Positions 41,404-50,965 of a stretch of DNA of 64,000 bases are shown here, piece by piece. Source of the stretch: a virus. Taxonomy: Duplodnaviria > Heunggongvirae > Uroviricota > Caudoviricetes. A program made the translations under genes and the position numbers. Each line of letters opens with the position of its first letter. Position 1 is the stretch's first letter. Location: IMG/VR virus record IMGVR_UViG_2925846512_000001; one strand, 5' to 3'. Under the pieces are notes generated by a model that made no database searches, was not told the DNA's origin, and saw nothing but the letters and a program-made list of their open reading frames with translations.

Positions 41404-42600
41404 ATGAGTGATTCCAGCCAGCTTCACAAGGTTGCTCAAAGAGCAAACAGAATGCTCAATGTTCTGACTGAACAAGTACAGTTGCAAAAGGATGAGCTAC
41501 ACGCGAACGAGTTTTACCAGGTCTATGCGAAAGCGGCACTGGCAAAATTGCCTCTACTGACTCGAGCGAACGTTGACTATGCCGTAAGTGAAATGGAAGA
41601 AAAGGGTTATGTTTTCGATAAACGCCCTGCTGGCTCTTCAATGAAATATGCGATGTCAATTCAGAACATCATTGACATATATGAACATCGCGGAGTGCCA
41701 AAATACCGGGATCGCTACAGCGAAGCGTATGTGATTTTCATCTCCAATCTTAAAGGCGGTGTGTCAAAAACTGTATCGACGGTTTCTCTGGCGCATGCAA
41801 TGCGTGCCCACCCTCATCTTCTGATGGAAGATTTAAGAATTCTGGTTATTGACCTTGATCCGCAATCTTCAGCAACGATGTTTTTAAGCCATAAACACTC
41901 TATTGGTATCGTAAACGCAACATCTGCACAGGCTATGTTGCAGAATGTAAGCCGTGAAGAGCTGTTAGAGGAGTTTATTGTTCCTTCTGTTGTACCTGGG
42001 GTTGACGTTATGCCTGCGTCGATTGACGATGCCTTTATTGCATCCGATTGGAGAGAGCTGTGCAATGAGCATCTACCGGGTCAGAACATCCATGCAGTCC
42101 TGAAAGAAAATGTGATTGATAAGCTGAAGAGCGATTATGACTTTATCCTCGTTGATAGTGGTCCTCACCTTGACGCCTTCCTGAAAAATGCTTTGGCCTC
42201 GGCCAATATACTGTTTACACCTCTGCCGCCTGCAACTGTCGATTTCCACTCATCGCTTAAATACGTTGCCCGCCTTCCTGAGTTGGTAAAACTCATTTCG
42301 GATGAAGGCTGCGAGTGCCAGCTTGCGACTAACATTGGTTTTATGTCCAAGTTGAGTAACAAGGCAGATCATAAGTATTGCCATAGCCTGGCTAAAGAAG
42401 TGTTCGGTGGGGATATGCTCGATGTCGTCCTCCCTCGCCTTGACGGTTTTGAACGTTGCGGCGAGTCTTTTGACACTGTTATTTCAGCTAACCCGGCAAC
42501 GTATGTTGGTAGTGCTGATGCATTGAAGAACGCGCGAATTGCCGCGGAAGATTTTGCTAAAGCAGTTTTTGACCGTATTGAATTTATCAGATCTAACTGA
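41404..42600 (+). CDS. parA: ParA partition ATPase (type Ia, with N-terminal DNA-binding extension)
   Basis: 398 aa; deviant Walker A NLKGGVSKT. Confidence 0.92.
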   Translation: MSDSSQLHKVAQRANRMLNVLTEQVQLQKDELHANEFYQVYAKAALAKLPLLTRANVDYAVSEMEEKGYVFDKRPAGSSMKYAMSIQNIIDIYEHRGVPKYRDRYSEAYVIFISNLKGGVSKTVSTVSLAHAMRAHPHLLMEDLRILVIDLDPQSSATMFLSHKHSIGIVNATSAQAMLQNVSREELLEEFIVPSVVPGVDVMPASIDDAFIASDWRELCNEHLPGQNIHAVLKENVIDKLKSDYDFILVDSGPHLDAFLKNALASANILFTPLPPATVDFHSSLKYVARLPELVKLISDEGCECQLATNIGFMSKLSNKADHKYCHSLAKEVFGGDMLDVVLPRLDGFERCGESFDTVISANPATYVGSADALKNARIAAEDFAKAVFDRIEFIRSN

Positions 42601-42616
42601 GGAGTAAGAAACCCCC

Positions 42617-43618
42617 ATGTCAAAGAAAAACAGACCAACAATTGGGCGAACCCTTAATCCTTCAATATTAAGCGGATTTGATAGTTCTTCAGCCTCTGGC
42701 GATCGAGTCGAGCAGGTATTCAAGTTATCAACTGGTCGCCAGGCCACATTTATTGAAGAGGTAATACCTCCGAACCAGGTAGAAAGCGATACCTTTGTTG
42801 ATCAGCATAACAACGGGCGTGACCAGGCATCTCTTACGCCAAAATCATTAAAAAGTATCCGAAGCACTATTAAGCATCAGCAATTTTACCCTGCAATAGG
42901 TGTTAGACGGGCTACAGGGAAAATTGAAATTTTGGATGGTTCCCGGCGTCGAGCTTCTGCCATCTTAGAGAACGTAGGGTTGCGGGTTTTAGTCACGGAC
43001 CAGGAGATCAGCGTTCAGGAAGCGCAAAATTTAGCGAAAGACGTTCAGACAGCATTGCAGCACAGCATTCGAGAAATAGGTCTGCGTTTGATGCGAATGA
43101 AAAATGATGGGATGAGTCAGAAGGATATTGCAGCCAAAGAAGGGCTGTCTCAGGCGAAGGTCACGCGTGCTCTCCAGGCAGCGAGTGCTCCGGAAGAATT
43201 AGTCGCCCTTTTCCCTGTTCAGTCGGAATTAACCTTTTCGGACTACAAAACGCTTTGTGCTGTTGGCGACGAAATGGGGAACAAGAATTTAGAGTTTGAT
43301 CAGCTTATTCAAAACATATCCCCGGAAATAAACGACATCTTATCCATTGAAGAAATGGCCGAAGATGAAGTTAAAAATAAAATCCTGCGCTTGATAACAA
43401 AGGAAGCCTCACTACTCACGGATAAAGGTTCTAAAGATAAGTCCGTAGTTACTGAATTATGGAAATTTGAGGACAAGGATCGCTTTGCAAGGAAGCGCGT
43501 GAAAGGCCGTGCATTTTCTTATGAGTTTAATCGACTTTCAAAAGAGCTACAGGAAGAACTCGACAGGATGATTGGGCATATCCTTAGAAAGAGCCTCGAT
43601 AAAAAGCCGAAGCCTTAA
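42617..43618 (+). CDS. parB: ParB centromere-binding protein
   Basis: 333 aa. Confidence 0.9.
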   Translation: MSKKNRPTIGRTLNPSILSGFDSSSASGDRVEQVFKLSTGRQATFIEEVIPPNQVESDTFVDQHNNGRDQASLTPKSLKSIRSTIKHQQFYPAIGVRRATGKIEILDGSRRRASAILENVGLRVLVTDQEISVQEAQNLAKDVQTALQHSIREIGLRLMRMKNDGMSQKDIAAKEGLSQAKVTRALQAASAPEELVALFPVQSELTFSDYKTLCAVGDEMGNKNLEFDQLIQNISPEINDILSIEEMAEDEVKNKILRLITKEASLLTDKGSKDKSVVTELWKFEDKDRFARKRVKGRAFSYEFNRLSKELQEELDRMIGHILRKSLDKKPKP

Positions 43619-43620
43619 AT

Positions 43621-43710
43621 TTTCGCCATTCAAATTTCACTATTAACCAACTGTTTTTAAAGTAAATCCATCTAAAATTTCAAGGTGAAATCGCCACGAT
43701 TTCACCTTGG
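43621..43710. other. parS centromere
   Basis: Box B TCGCCA and box A ATTTCAC motifs on both sides of an AT-rich IHF-like spacer (tcgccattcaaatttcac ... gtgaaatcgccacgatttcac). Confidence 0.85.
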
Positions 43711-43770
43711 ATTTTACCTTCCTCCCCTACTCCCGAAAAAAATAAAAAAATTGCTTGTCACGAGAAAGTC

Positions 43771-43792
43771 AACAAGTGACTTTCAATAAAAT
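43771..43792 (+). promoter_or_regulatory. late promoter-like motif upstream of the head gene
   Basis: AACAAGTGAC-N6-TAAAAT. Confidence 0.5.
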
Positions 43793-43822
43793 CTCTTCCG
43801 AAAAGGGATTCACACAAGTGCC

Positions 43823-45550
43823 TTGTGTTTAAGGAAGAGTAAATTGAGTAACTTACGCGAATACCAGAATCGTATTGCAGATATCGCAAAACGCTCTAAA
43901 GCTGTGCTTGGCTGGGCAAGCACTGCGCAGTTCGGTACTGATAACCAATTCATTAAAGATGATGCCGCGCGTGCCGCATCTATCCTTGAAGCTGCACGTA
44001 AAGACCCGGTTTTTGCGGGTATCTCTGATAATGCCACCGCTCAAATCGCTACAGCGTGGGCAAGTGCACTGGCTGACTACGCCGCAGCACATAAATCTAT
44101 GCCGCGTCCGGAAATTCTGGCCTCCTGCCACCAGACGCTGGAAAACTGCCTGATTGAGTCCACCCGCAATAGCATGGATGCCACTAATAAAGCGATGCTG
44201 GAATCCGTCGCAGCAGAGATGATGAGCGTTTCTGACGGTGTTATGCGTCTGCCTTTATTCCTCGCGATGATCCTGCCTGTTCAGTTGGGGGCAGCTACCG
44301 CTGATGCGTGTACCTTCATTCCGGTTACGCGTGACCAGTCCGACATCTATGAAGTCTTTAACGTGGCAGGTTCCTCTTTTGGTTCTTATGCTGCTGGTGA
44401 TGTTCTGGACATGCAATCCGTCGGTGTGTACAGCCAATTACGTCGCCGCTATGTGCTGGTGGCAAGCTCCGATGGCACCAGCAAAACCGCAACCTTCAAG
44501 ATGGAAGACTTCGAAGGCCAGAATGTACCAATCCGAAAAGGTCGCACTAACATCTACGTTAACCGTATTAAGTCTGTTGTTGATAACGGTTCCGGCAGCC
44601 TACTTCACTCGTTTACTAATGCTGCTGGTGAGCAAATCACTGTTACCTGCTCTCTGAACTACAACATTGGTCAGATTGCCCTGTCGTTCTCCAAAGCGCC
44701 GGATAAAGGCACTGAGATCGCAATTGAGACGGAAATCAATATTGAAGCCGCTCCTGAGCTGATCCCGCTGATCAACCACGAAATGAAGAAATACACCCTG
44801 TTCCCAAGCCAGTTCGTTATCGCGGCTGAGCACACGGTACAGGCGGCGTATGAAGCACAGCGTGAATTTGGTCTGGACCTGGGTTCCCTACAGTTCCGCA
44901 CCCTGAAGGAATACCTGTCTCATGAACAGGATATGCTGCGTCTTCGCATCATGATCTGGCGTACTCTTGCGACCGACACCTTTGACATCGCTCTGCCGGT
45001 TAACCAGTCCTTTGATGTATGGGCAACCATCATTCGTGGCAAATTCCAGACTGTATATCGCGACATTATTGAGCGCGTTAAATCTTCTGGTGCGATGGGG
45101 ATGTTTGCTGGTGCTGATGCAGCATCTTTCTTCAAACAGTTGCCGAAGGATTTCTTCCAGCCAGCCGAAGACTATATCCAGACTCCGTATGTTCACTACA
45201 TCGGTACCCTGTTCGGTAACGTGAAAGTGTACGAAGTACCTGCTGGTATTTGTAAGAACTTAACGACAGAGAACATTCAGTTCAGCTCGATGGATGTGCT
45301 GTGCTACGTCCGTGATGAAAATCCGGGTAAAGCAGGCTTCGTGACTGGTGATGCTGTCCCGGCTATCCCGTTCCAGCATCCGACCACTCCGGCGCTGGTC
45401 AACCGTACCACACTGTGGGGTTCGGCTATCAACGATATGCACCCACGCAACGGCGCTGATTACTTCACTCGTGTAACGCTGACAATGGCCAAAAAAGGCG
45501 GGCTTAACTTCATTAGCGGCGACACGATTGATGCCGGTGACTCTGAGTAA
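43823..45550 (+). CDS. major head protein (P1 gene 23)
   Basis: About 62 kDa. The track start is TTG at 43823; an alternative TTG at 43844 has an AAGGAAG SD 8 nt upstream (MSNLREYQ...). Adjacent to parS as in P1. Confidence 0.6.
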   Translation: MCLRKSKLSNLREYQNRIADIAKRSKAVLGWASTAQFGTDNQFIKDDAARAASILEAARKDPVFAGISDNATAQIATAWASALADYAAAHKSMPRPEILASCHQTLENCLIESTRNSMDATNKAMLESVAAEMMSVSDGVMRLPLFLAMILPVQLGAATADACTFIPVTRDQSDIYEVFNVAGSSFGSYAAGDVLDMQSVGVYSQLRRRYVLVASSDGTSKTATFKMEDFEGQNVPIRKGRTNIYVNRIKSVVDNGSGSLLHSFTNAAGEQITVTCSLNYNIGQIALSFSKAPDKGTEIAIETEINIEAAPELIPLINHEMKKYTLFPSQFVIAAEHTVQAAYEAQREFGLDLGSLQFRTLKEYLSHEQDMLRLRIMIWRTLATDTFDIALPVNQSFDVWATIIRGKFQTVYRDIIERVKSSGAMGMFAGADAASFFKQLPKDFFQPAEDYIQTPYVHYIGTLFGNVKVYEVPAGICKNLTTENIQFSSMDVLCYVRDENPGKAGFVTGDAVPAIPFQHPTTPALVNRTTLWGSAINDMHPRNGADYFTRVTLTMAKKGGLNFISGDTIDAGDSE

Positions 45551-45565
45551 TCAGGGGAAGTTCTC

Positions 45566-45590
45566 CGTTTAACATAGCGCCCCCGTGCGG
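45566..45590 (+). terminator. GC-rich hairpin after the head gene
   Basis: GCGCCCCCGTGCGGGGCGC. Confidence 0.4.
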
Positions 45591-45610
45591 GGCGCATAAC
45601 AGGGAAAGTT

Positions 45611-47200
45611 ATGTCTCAATATTCAATTCAACAGTCATTAGGTAATGCATCCGGCGTCGCGGTTAGCCCGATCAATGCCGATGCGACGTTATCTACCGGT
45701 GTTGCATTAAATAGCAGCTTGTGGGCTGGTATTGGCGTATTTGCGCGTGGCAAGCCGTTTACTGTTCTTGCGGTTACTGAGTCCAATTACGAAGATGTTC
45801 TCGGCGAACCGCTGAAGCCGTCTTCCGGCTCACAGTTCGAACCAATTCGCCATGTATACGAAGCTATTCAGCAAACGTCTGGTTATGTTGTTCGCGCTGT
45901 TCCGGATGATGCGAAGTTCCCGATTATTATGTTCGATGAATCAGGCGAACCGGCTTACAGTGCGTTGCCATACGGTTCTGAAATTGAACTTGATAGTGGC
46001 GAAGCCTTTGCTATCTACGTTGATGATGGTGATCCGTGTATTTCACCTACCCGTGAGTTAACCATCGAAACGGCAACAGCGGACAGCGCGGGTAATGAAC
46101 GCTTCCTCTTAAAACTGACCCAGACGACTTCGCTCGGCGTGGTAACGACCCTGGAGACACACACTGTGTCTTTGGCGGAAGAAGCGAAAGATGACATGGG
46201 CCGCTTGTGTTATCTGCCTACGGCTCTGGAAGCCCGTTCTAAATATCTGCGCGCGGTTGTTAATGAAGAGCTGATTTCGACAGCGAAAGTAACAAACAAA
46301 AAATCGTTGGCGTTCACTGGCGGTACCAACGGCGATCAGTCGAAAATCTCAACCGCTGCGTACCTGCGTGCGGTTAAAGTGCTGAATAATGCGCCGTACA
46401 TGTACACCGCTGTTCTTGGCTTGGGCTGCTATGACAATGCGGCTATCACCGCATTAGGTAAAATCTGTGCAGATCGCCTGATTGATGGCTTCTTTGATGT
46501 CAAACCGACATTGACGTACACGGAAGCGATCTCTGCTGTTGAAGATACCGGTTTACTTGGTACCGATTATGTAAGCTGTGCTGTCTATCACTACCCGTTC
46601 TCCTGCAAAGACAAATGGACCCAATCCCGTGTGGTCTTTGGTCTGTCTGGCGTGGCGTATGCGGCGAAAGCTCGTGGCGTCAAGAAAAACTCTGATGTCG
46701 GCGGTTGGCATTACTCACCGGCTGGTGAAGAACGTGCCGTCATTGCTCGTGCGTCAATTCAACCGCTGTATCCGGAAGATACCCCGGACGAAGAAGCAAT
46801 GGTCAAGGGCCGTCTCAATAAAGTATCTGTTGGCACCTCTGGCCAGATGATCATCGACGATGCTTTAACTTGCTGCACGCAGGATAACTATCTGCACTTC
46901 CAGCACGTCCCATCCCTGATGAATGCAATCAGCCGTTTCTTTGTCCAGTTAGCCCGACAGATGAAGCATAGCCCGGACGGTATTACTGCGGCTGGCCTGA
47001 CTAAAGGGATGACCAAACTTTTAGATCGCTTTGTCGCCTCCGGCGCTCTGGTGGCTCCTCGTGATCCTGATGCTGACGGTACAGAACCGTATGTGCTGAA
47101 AGTTACGCAGGCGGAATTCGATAAATGGGAAGTAGTCTGGGCCTGCTGCCCGACTGGCGTAGCCCGTCGTATCCAGGGCGTACCGCTGCTTATTAAGTAA
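45611..47200 (+). CDS. contractile tail sheath protein (P1 gene 22)
   Basis: 529 aa. The C-terminal region carries sheath-family motifs (GGWHYSPAGEERAV). Confidence 0.55.
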   Translation: MSQYSIQQSLGNASGVAVSPINADATLSTGVALNSSLWAGIGVFARGKPFTVLAVTESNYEDVLGEPLKPSSGSQFEPIRHVYEAIQQTSGYVVRAVPDDAKFPIIMFDESGEPAYSALPYGSEIELDSGEAFAIYVDDGDPCISPTRELTIETATADSAGNERFLLKLTQTTSLGVVTTLETHTVSLAEEAKDDMGRLCYLPTALEARSKYLRAVVNEELISTAKVTNKKSLAFTGGTNGDQSKISTAAYLRAVKVLNNAPYMYTAVLGLGCYDNAAITALGKICADRLIDGFFDVKPTLTYTEAISAVEDTGLLGTDYVSCAVYHYPFSCKDKWTQSRVVFGLSGVAYAAKARGVKKNSDVGGWHYSPAGEERAVIARASIQPLYPEDTPDEEAMVKGRLNKVSVGTSGQMIIDDALTCCTQDNYLHFQHVPSLMNAISRFFVQLARQMKHSPDGITAAGLTKGMTKLLDRFVASGALVAPRDPDADGTEPYVLKVTQAEFDKWEVVWACCPTGVARRIQGVPLLIK

Positions 47201-47209
47201 GGGAATACA

Positions 47210-48025
47210 ATGAGCAAAAACTTTTTTCAATCCGGGGCATTTTTGGGGAATGGACTGTCTCGTTTCGCTTTGAACTCTGATCCTGTGCAGCTGATGGAGT
47301 CTGCCCGAGCAAGCGCCGAACCGCCAACAGATCCGGTTATTAATAATAATCCGGAACCGGCGGCACAGACTAACGATAACGTTCCATCTGCCCCGGCTCC
47401 TGAGCAAATCCTGGAAGGGAAAGACGGTAAAGAATGGACCGTCGAACAGGCGCACCAGATGATTCTGGAAGCTGCAAATCGAAGTGCTATGCAAAATGCG
47501 TTGAGTGATGCGGCCGACGCCGTTTTCGCCTGGGCTGATAGCGGTGATCTGACTTTCGACTCCCTTGATGGTTTCGTTCAGGCTATCGCTGGTATCTCTG
47601 ATGACGACGACTCCGAAGTTACAGAAGAACAGGACGATGCCTATAACGAAGCATGGGCAAATGTTGCTGACTTCCTCGCAGCATGCGGTGTAGATGATGA
47701 CCTGATCGAAGCACTGGCTGACGATGAAGACGACGACGCAGCTGCTGATGTTGGTGCCTCTATCGCTGGTTTAGATAGCGACGACCGCGACGAACTGGAA
47801 GCGGCGTTTGTTGTTGCTGGCACTTCTGATGAAATGCTGACTGAAGCATTTAAGAAGGTTGTTCGTAACGGTGAGATCAAACTCATCCGTAAACGCCTGC
47901 GTAAAAAACGTCTGACTGCGGCTCAAAAATCGGCGCTGAAAAAAGCGCGTCGAAAAGCCCAGACCGGCGCGGCAAAACTTGCCCGCAAAAAGTCAATGAA
48001 ACTGCGCCGTAAGCGCCTTGGCTAA
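47210..48025 (+). CDS. acidic protein with Lys/Arg-rich C-terminal tail (P1 gene 21 position)
   Basis: 271 aa. Confidence 0.45.
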   Translation: MSKNFFQSGAFLGNGLSRFALNSDPVQLMESARASAEPPTDPVINNNPEPAAQTNDNVPSAPAPEQILEGKDGKEWTVEQAHQMILEAANRSAMQNALSDAADAVFAWADSGDLTFDSLDGFVQAIAGISDDDDSEVTEEQDDAYNEAWANVADFLAACGVDDDLIEALADDEDDDAAADVGASIAGLDSDDRDELEAAFVVAGTSDEMLTEAFKKVVRNGEIKLIRKRLRKKRLTAAQKSALKKARRKAQTGAAKLARKKSMKLRRKRLG

Positions 48026-48060
48026 AGGAGGAGGCCGGAGAACTCCGGCCTTTAACTTGA

Positions 48061-48642
48061 ATGGCACCTATTCCTTATGGGGTTTACAGCCAGGCTGACG
48101 GTGTATCGCCATTTCTGAAAGTTACTTTAACGAACTCTCAGTACCAGGTTACCGGATATATCAGCCAGGGGGCGGCAATGAACATGGCCCAGAATTGGGA
48201 AGCGCCGTTTACCGGTATGTCCATGGGATCTGTTGCTGGTGCCTTCAGTGGTTTTGCGCAGGTTGGTACTGAAACAACGTCGGTTGCCCGTTGGAACAGC
48301 TTAATGGTTTGGGAAGGGGGAACACCGCCGACTTTCACGCTGCCAGTAACTTTCATCGCTTTGTTTGACCCATTCACGGAGGTTTCAGGAGCTATCGCCG
48401 CATTGTCAGCGATGATTAGCCCGGAACTTAAAGATGCCAGTATTGGTGGTCGAATCCCGGAGCGCGTGACGCTAAACATTGGTCGCCGGATCAACATCAT
48501 TGATGTCGCTATCCAGGACATAAGTTTCGATCTCGATGCGCCCAGGGACAGCAATGGGCATTTCCTGAAAAACACCGTCAACCTCCAGTTGACCGGTTCT
48601 TCGATATATAACAGCTCCGATATTGTTCGGGCGTTCCAGTAA
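48061..48642 (+). CDS. tail structural protein
   Basis: 193 aa; preceded by a terminator hairpin GGCCGGAGAACTCCGGCC. Confidence 0.45.
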   Translation: MAPIPYGVYSQADGVSPFLKVTLTNSQYQVTGYISQGAAMNMAQNWEAPFTGMSMGSVAGAFSGFAQVGTETTSVARWNSLMVWEGGTPPTFTLPVTFIALFDPFTEVSGAIAALSAMISPELKDASIGGRIPERVTLNIGRRINIIDVAIQDISFDLDAPRDSNGHFLKNTVNLQLTGSSIYNSSDIVRAFQ

Positions 48643-48653
48643 AAGGATTTTAT

Positions 48654-49163
48654 ATGGGGCACAATAACACTAAGGGAAACCGTAAATTTATTAAGGGCCG
48701 CTATACTGCCAACGCGGCCAAAGGCGAACGACTGGTATCTTCTGAATTCCAGCTCACTTTTGCAGGCCATGAAGATATCAGCGTACTGGTTCGCACGTCG
48801 CAAATTCCTGAAATGACCCGCGAGGATGTGGAGGACTATGGTCCGAATGGTGTGAAGTTCAACCAGCACGGACCAATTCGAAACTCTGGGGAAATCCAGG
48901 TCCAGTGCGTGGAGACTATCGAAGGCGATATTCTTCAGTTCATCAAGGATCGCATTGCGGCGAAGGACTATGTTGATATCACGATGGCTGCTACCCCTGA
49001 ATCCAAATCTTCCGGGGTTAACGCTGTGACAAAAGCTGCTACAACAATTGAAATGTTGGACTGCAAAATCTACAGTGATGCAATCGACTTTAGTACCGAA
49101 GATGTGACTGCCGCTGTGCGCCCGTCACTTCGTATCGTCTACAACTGGATTGAGTGGGATTAA
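48654..49163 (+). CDS. tail tube-like / baseplate protein
   Basis: 169 aa; RBS AAGGA. Confidence 0.45.
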   Translation: MGHNNTKGNRKFIKGRYTANAAKGERLVSSEFQLTFAGHEDISVLVRTSQIPEMTREDVEDYGPNGVKFNQHGPIRNSGEIQVQCVETIEGDILQFIKDRIAAKDYVDITMAATPESKSSGVNAVTKAATTIEMLDCKIYSDAIDFSTEDVTAAVRPSLRIVYNWIEWD

Positions 49164-49181
49164 GAGTCATCCCTTGTATTT

Positions 49182-49207
49182 TAAAGCTCCTTCGGGAGCT
49201 TTTTTAT
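49182..49207. terminator. palindromic terminator hairpin
   Basis: AAAGCTCC-TTCG-GGAGCTTTTTTATT. Serves the tail operon and also lies at the 3' end of the hok locus. Confidence 0.6.
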
Positions 49208-49267
49208 TTGGAGATGAAAGGGTGCATTGAGGATACCTGACACACTAAGAGTGGCGGGGATCTCTCC

Positions 49268-50606
49268 CATAAGCGCTAACTTAAGGGTTGTGGTATTACG
49301 CCTGATATGATTTAACGTGCCGATGAATTACTCTCACGATAACTGGTCAGCAATTCTGGCCCATATTGGTAAGCCCGAAGAACTGGATACTTCGGCACGT
49401 AATGCCGGGGCTCTAACCCGCCGCCGCGAAATTCGTGATGCTGCAACTCTGCTACGTCTGGGGCTGGCTTACGGCCCCGGGGGGATGTCATTACGTGAAG
49501 TCACTGCATGGGCTCAGCTCCATGACGTTGCAACATTATCTGACGTGGCTCTCCTGAAGCGGCTGCGGAATGCCGCCGACTGGTTTGGCATACTTGCCGC
49601 ACAAACACTTGCTGTACGCGCCGCAGTTACGGGTTGTACAAGCGGAAAGAGATTGCGTCTTGTCGATGGAACAGCAATCAGTGCGCCCGGGAGCGGCAGC
49701 GCTGAATGGCGACTACATATGGGATATGATCCTCATACCTGTCAGTTCACTGATTTTGAGCTAACCGACAGCAGAGACGCTGAACGGCTGGACCGATTTG
49801 CGCAAACGGCAGACGAGATACGCATTGCTGACCGGGGATTCGGTTCGCGTCCCGAATGTATCCGCTCACTTGCTTTTGGAGAAGCTGATTATATCGTCCG
49901 GGTTCACTGGCGAGGATTGCGCTGGTTAACTGCAGAAGGAATGCGCTTTGACATGATGGGTTTTCTGCGCGGGCTGGATTGCGGTAAGAACGGTGAAACC
50001 ACTGTAATGATAGGCAATTCAGGTAATAAAAAAGCCGGAGCTCCCTTTCCGGCACGTCTCATTGCCGTATCACTTCCTCCCGAAAAAGCATTAATCAGTA
50101 AAACCCGACTGCTCAGCGAGAATCGTCGAAAAGGACGAGTAGTTCAGGCGGAAACGCTGGAAGCAGCGGGCCATGTGCTATTGCTAACATCATTACCGGA
50201 AGATGAATATTCAGCAGAGCAAGTGGCTGATTGTTACCGTCTGCGATGGCAAATTGAACTGGCTTTTAAGCGGCTCAAAAGTTTGCTGCACCTGGATGCT
50301 TTGCGTGCAAAGGAACCTGAACTCGCGAAAGCGTGGATATTTGCTAATCTACTCGCCGCATTTTTAATTGACGACATAATCCAGCCATCGCTGGATTTCC
50401 CCCCCAGAAGTGCCGGATCCGAAAAGAAGAACTAACTCGTTGTGGAGAATAACAAAAATGGTCATCTGGAGCTTACAGGTGGCCATTCGTGGGACAGTAT
50501 CCCTGACAGCCTACAAAACGCAATTGAAGAACGCGAGGCATCGTCTTAACGAGGCACCGAGGCGTCGCATTCTTCAGATGGTTCAACCCTTAAGTTAGCG
50601 CTTATG
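49268..50606 (+). mobile_element. IS186 (IS4 family), complete, with 10-bp target site duplication
   Basis: 23-bp terminal inverted repeats CATAAGCGCTAACTTAAGGGTTG / CAACCCTTAAGTTAGCGCTTATG. Flanked by direct repeat GGATCTCTCC at 49258-49267 and 50607-50616. Target reads GGGG-N6-CCCC. Confidence 0.9.
49317..50435 (+). CDS. IS186 DDE transposase
   Basis: 372 aa (GTG start; MPMNYSHDNWSAILAHIGKPEEL...), IS186/IS421 transposase sequence. Confidence 0.9.
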   Translation: MPMNYSHDNWSAILAHIGKPEELDTSARNAGALTRRREIRDAATLLRLGLAYGPGGMSLREVTAWAQLHDVATLSDVALLKRLRNAADWFGILAAQTLAVRAAVTGCTSGKRLRLVDGTAISAPGSGSAEWRLHMGYDPHTCQFTDFELTDSRDAERLDRFAQTADEIRIADRGFGSRPECIRSLAFGEADYIVRVHWRGLRWLTAEGMRFDMMGFLRGLDCGKNGETTVMIGNSGNKKAGAPFPARLIAVSLPPEKALISKTRLLSENRRKGRVVQAETLEAAGHVLLLTSLPEDEYSAEQVADCYRLRWQIELAFKRLKSLLHLDALRAKEPELAKAWIFANLLAAFLIDDIIQPSLDFPPRSAGSEKKN

Positions 50607-50628
50607 GGATCTCTCCCCACCAGGTCTC

Positions 50629-50784
50629 TTACCTTTCAGATTCGTAGGCTGTGAAGACAGTGACCTCCGTCTGGCCGGTTCGGATTCGTACCTCGCAGAG
50701 GTCTTTCCTCGTTACCAGTGCCGTCACAATGACGGTTAAACAGATGACGATCAGAGCGATTAACATCGCTTTTTGCTGCTTCAT
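50629..50784 (-). CDS. Hok-family type I toxin (RelF/HokD- and HokC-like), 51 aa
   Basis: Found by hand: MKQQKAMLIALIVICLTVIVTALVTRKDLCEVRIRTGQTEVTVFTAYESER. RBS AAGGAGAAG. Confidence 0.85.
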   Translation of the reverse strand: MKQQKAMLIALIVICLTVIVTALVTRKDLCEVRIRTGQTEVTVFTAYESER

Positions 50785-50842
50785 AGCCTGCTTCTCCTTG
50801 ACCTTTTGGTCGGTAAGAGGCTAATCTACGTATGCTAAGCAT
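50636..50842 (-). CDS. Mok-like overlapping reading frame (translational coupler for hok)
   Basis: 68-aa track ORF in the +1 frame, completely overlapping hok as mok does in hok/sok loci. Confidence 0.6.
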   Translation of the reverse strand: MLSIRRLASYRPKGQGEAGYEAAKSDVNRSDRHLFNRHCDGTGNEERPLRGTNPNRPDGGHCLHSLRI

Positions 50843-50965
50843 AGATATGGCCTCAGATTAATGTTAAGCGTCTTGCAGGACGCGTAATGTTATCTGGGGC
50901 TTTCTTCTATCTGCTTTTCGGGTAATGCCTGAAGCAGATAGCCTCAAGCACCCGCAACGATTGTA

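Noticed and set aside
43823-43846. Choice of initiation codon for the head gene
   Set aside because: The track start is TTG without a good SD. A TTG 21 nt downstream has an AAGGAAG SD. I could not decide without protein N-terminal data, so the longer coordinates are kept and the alternative noted.
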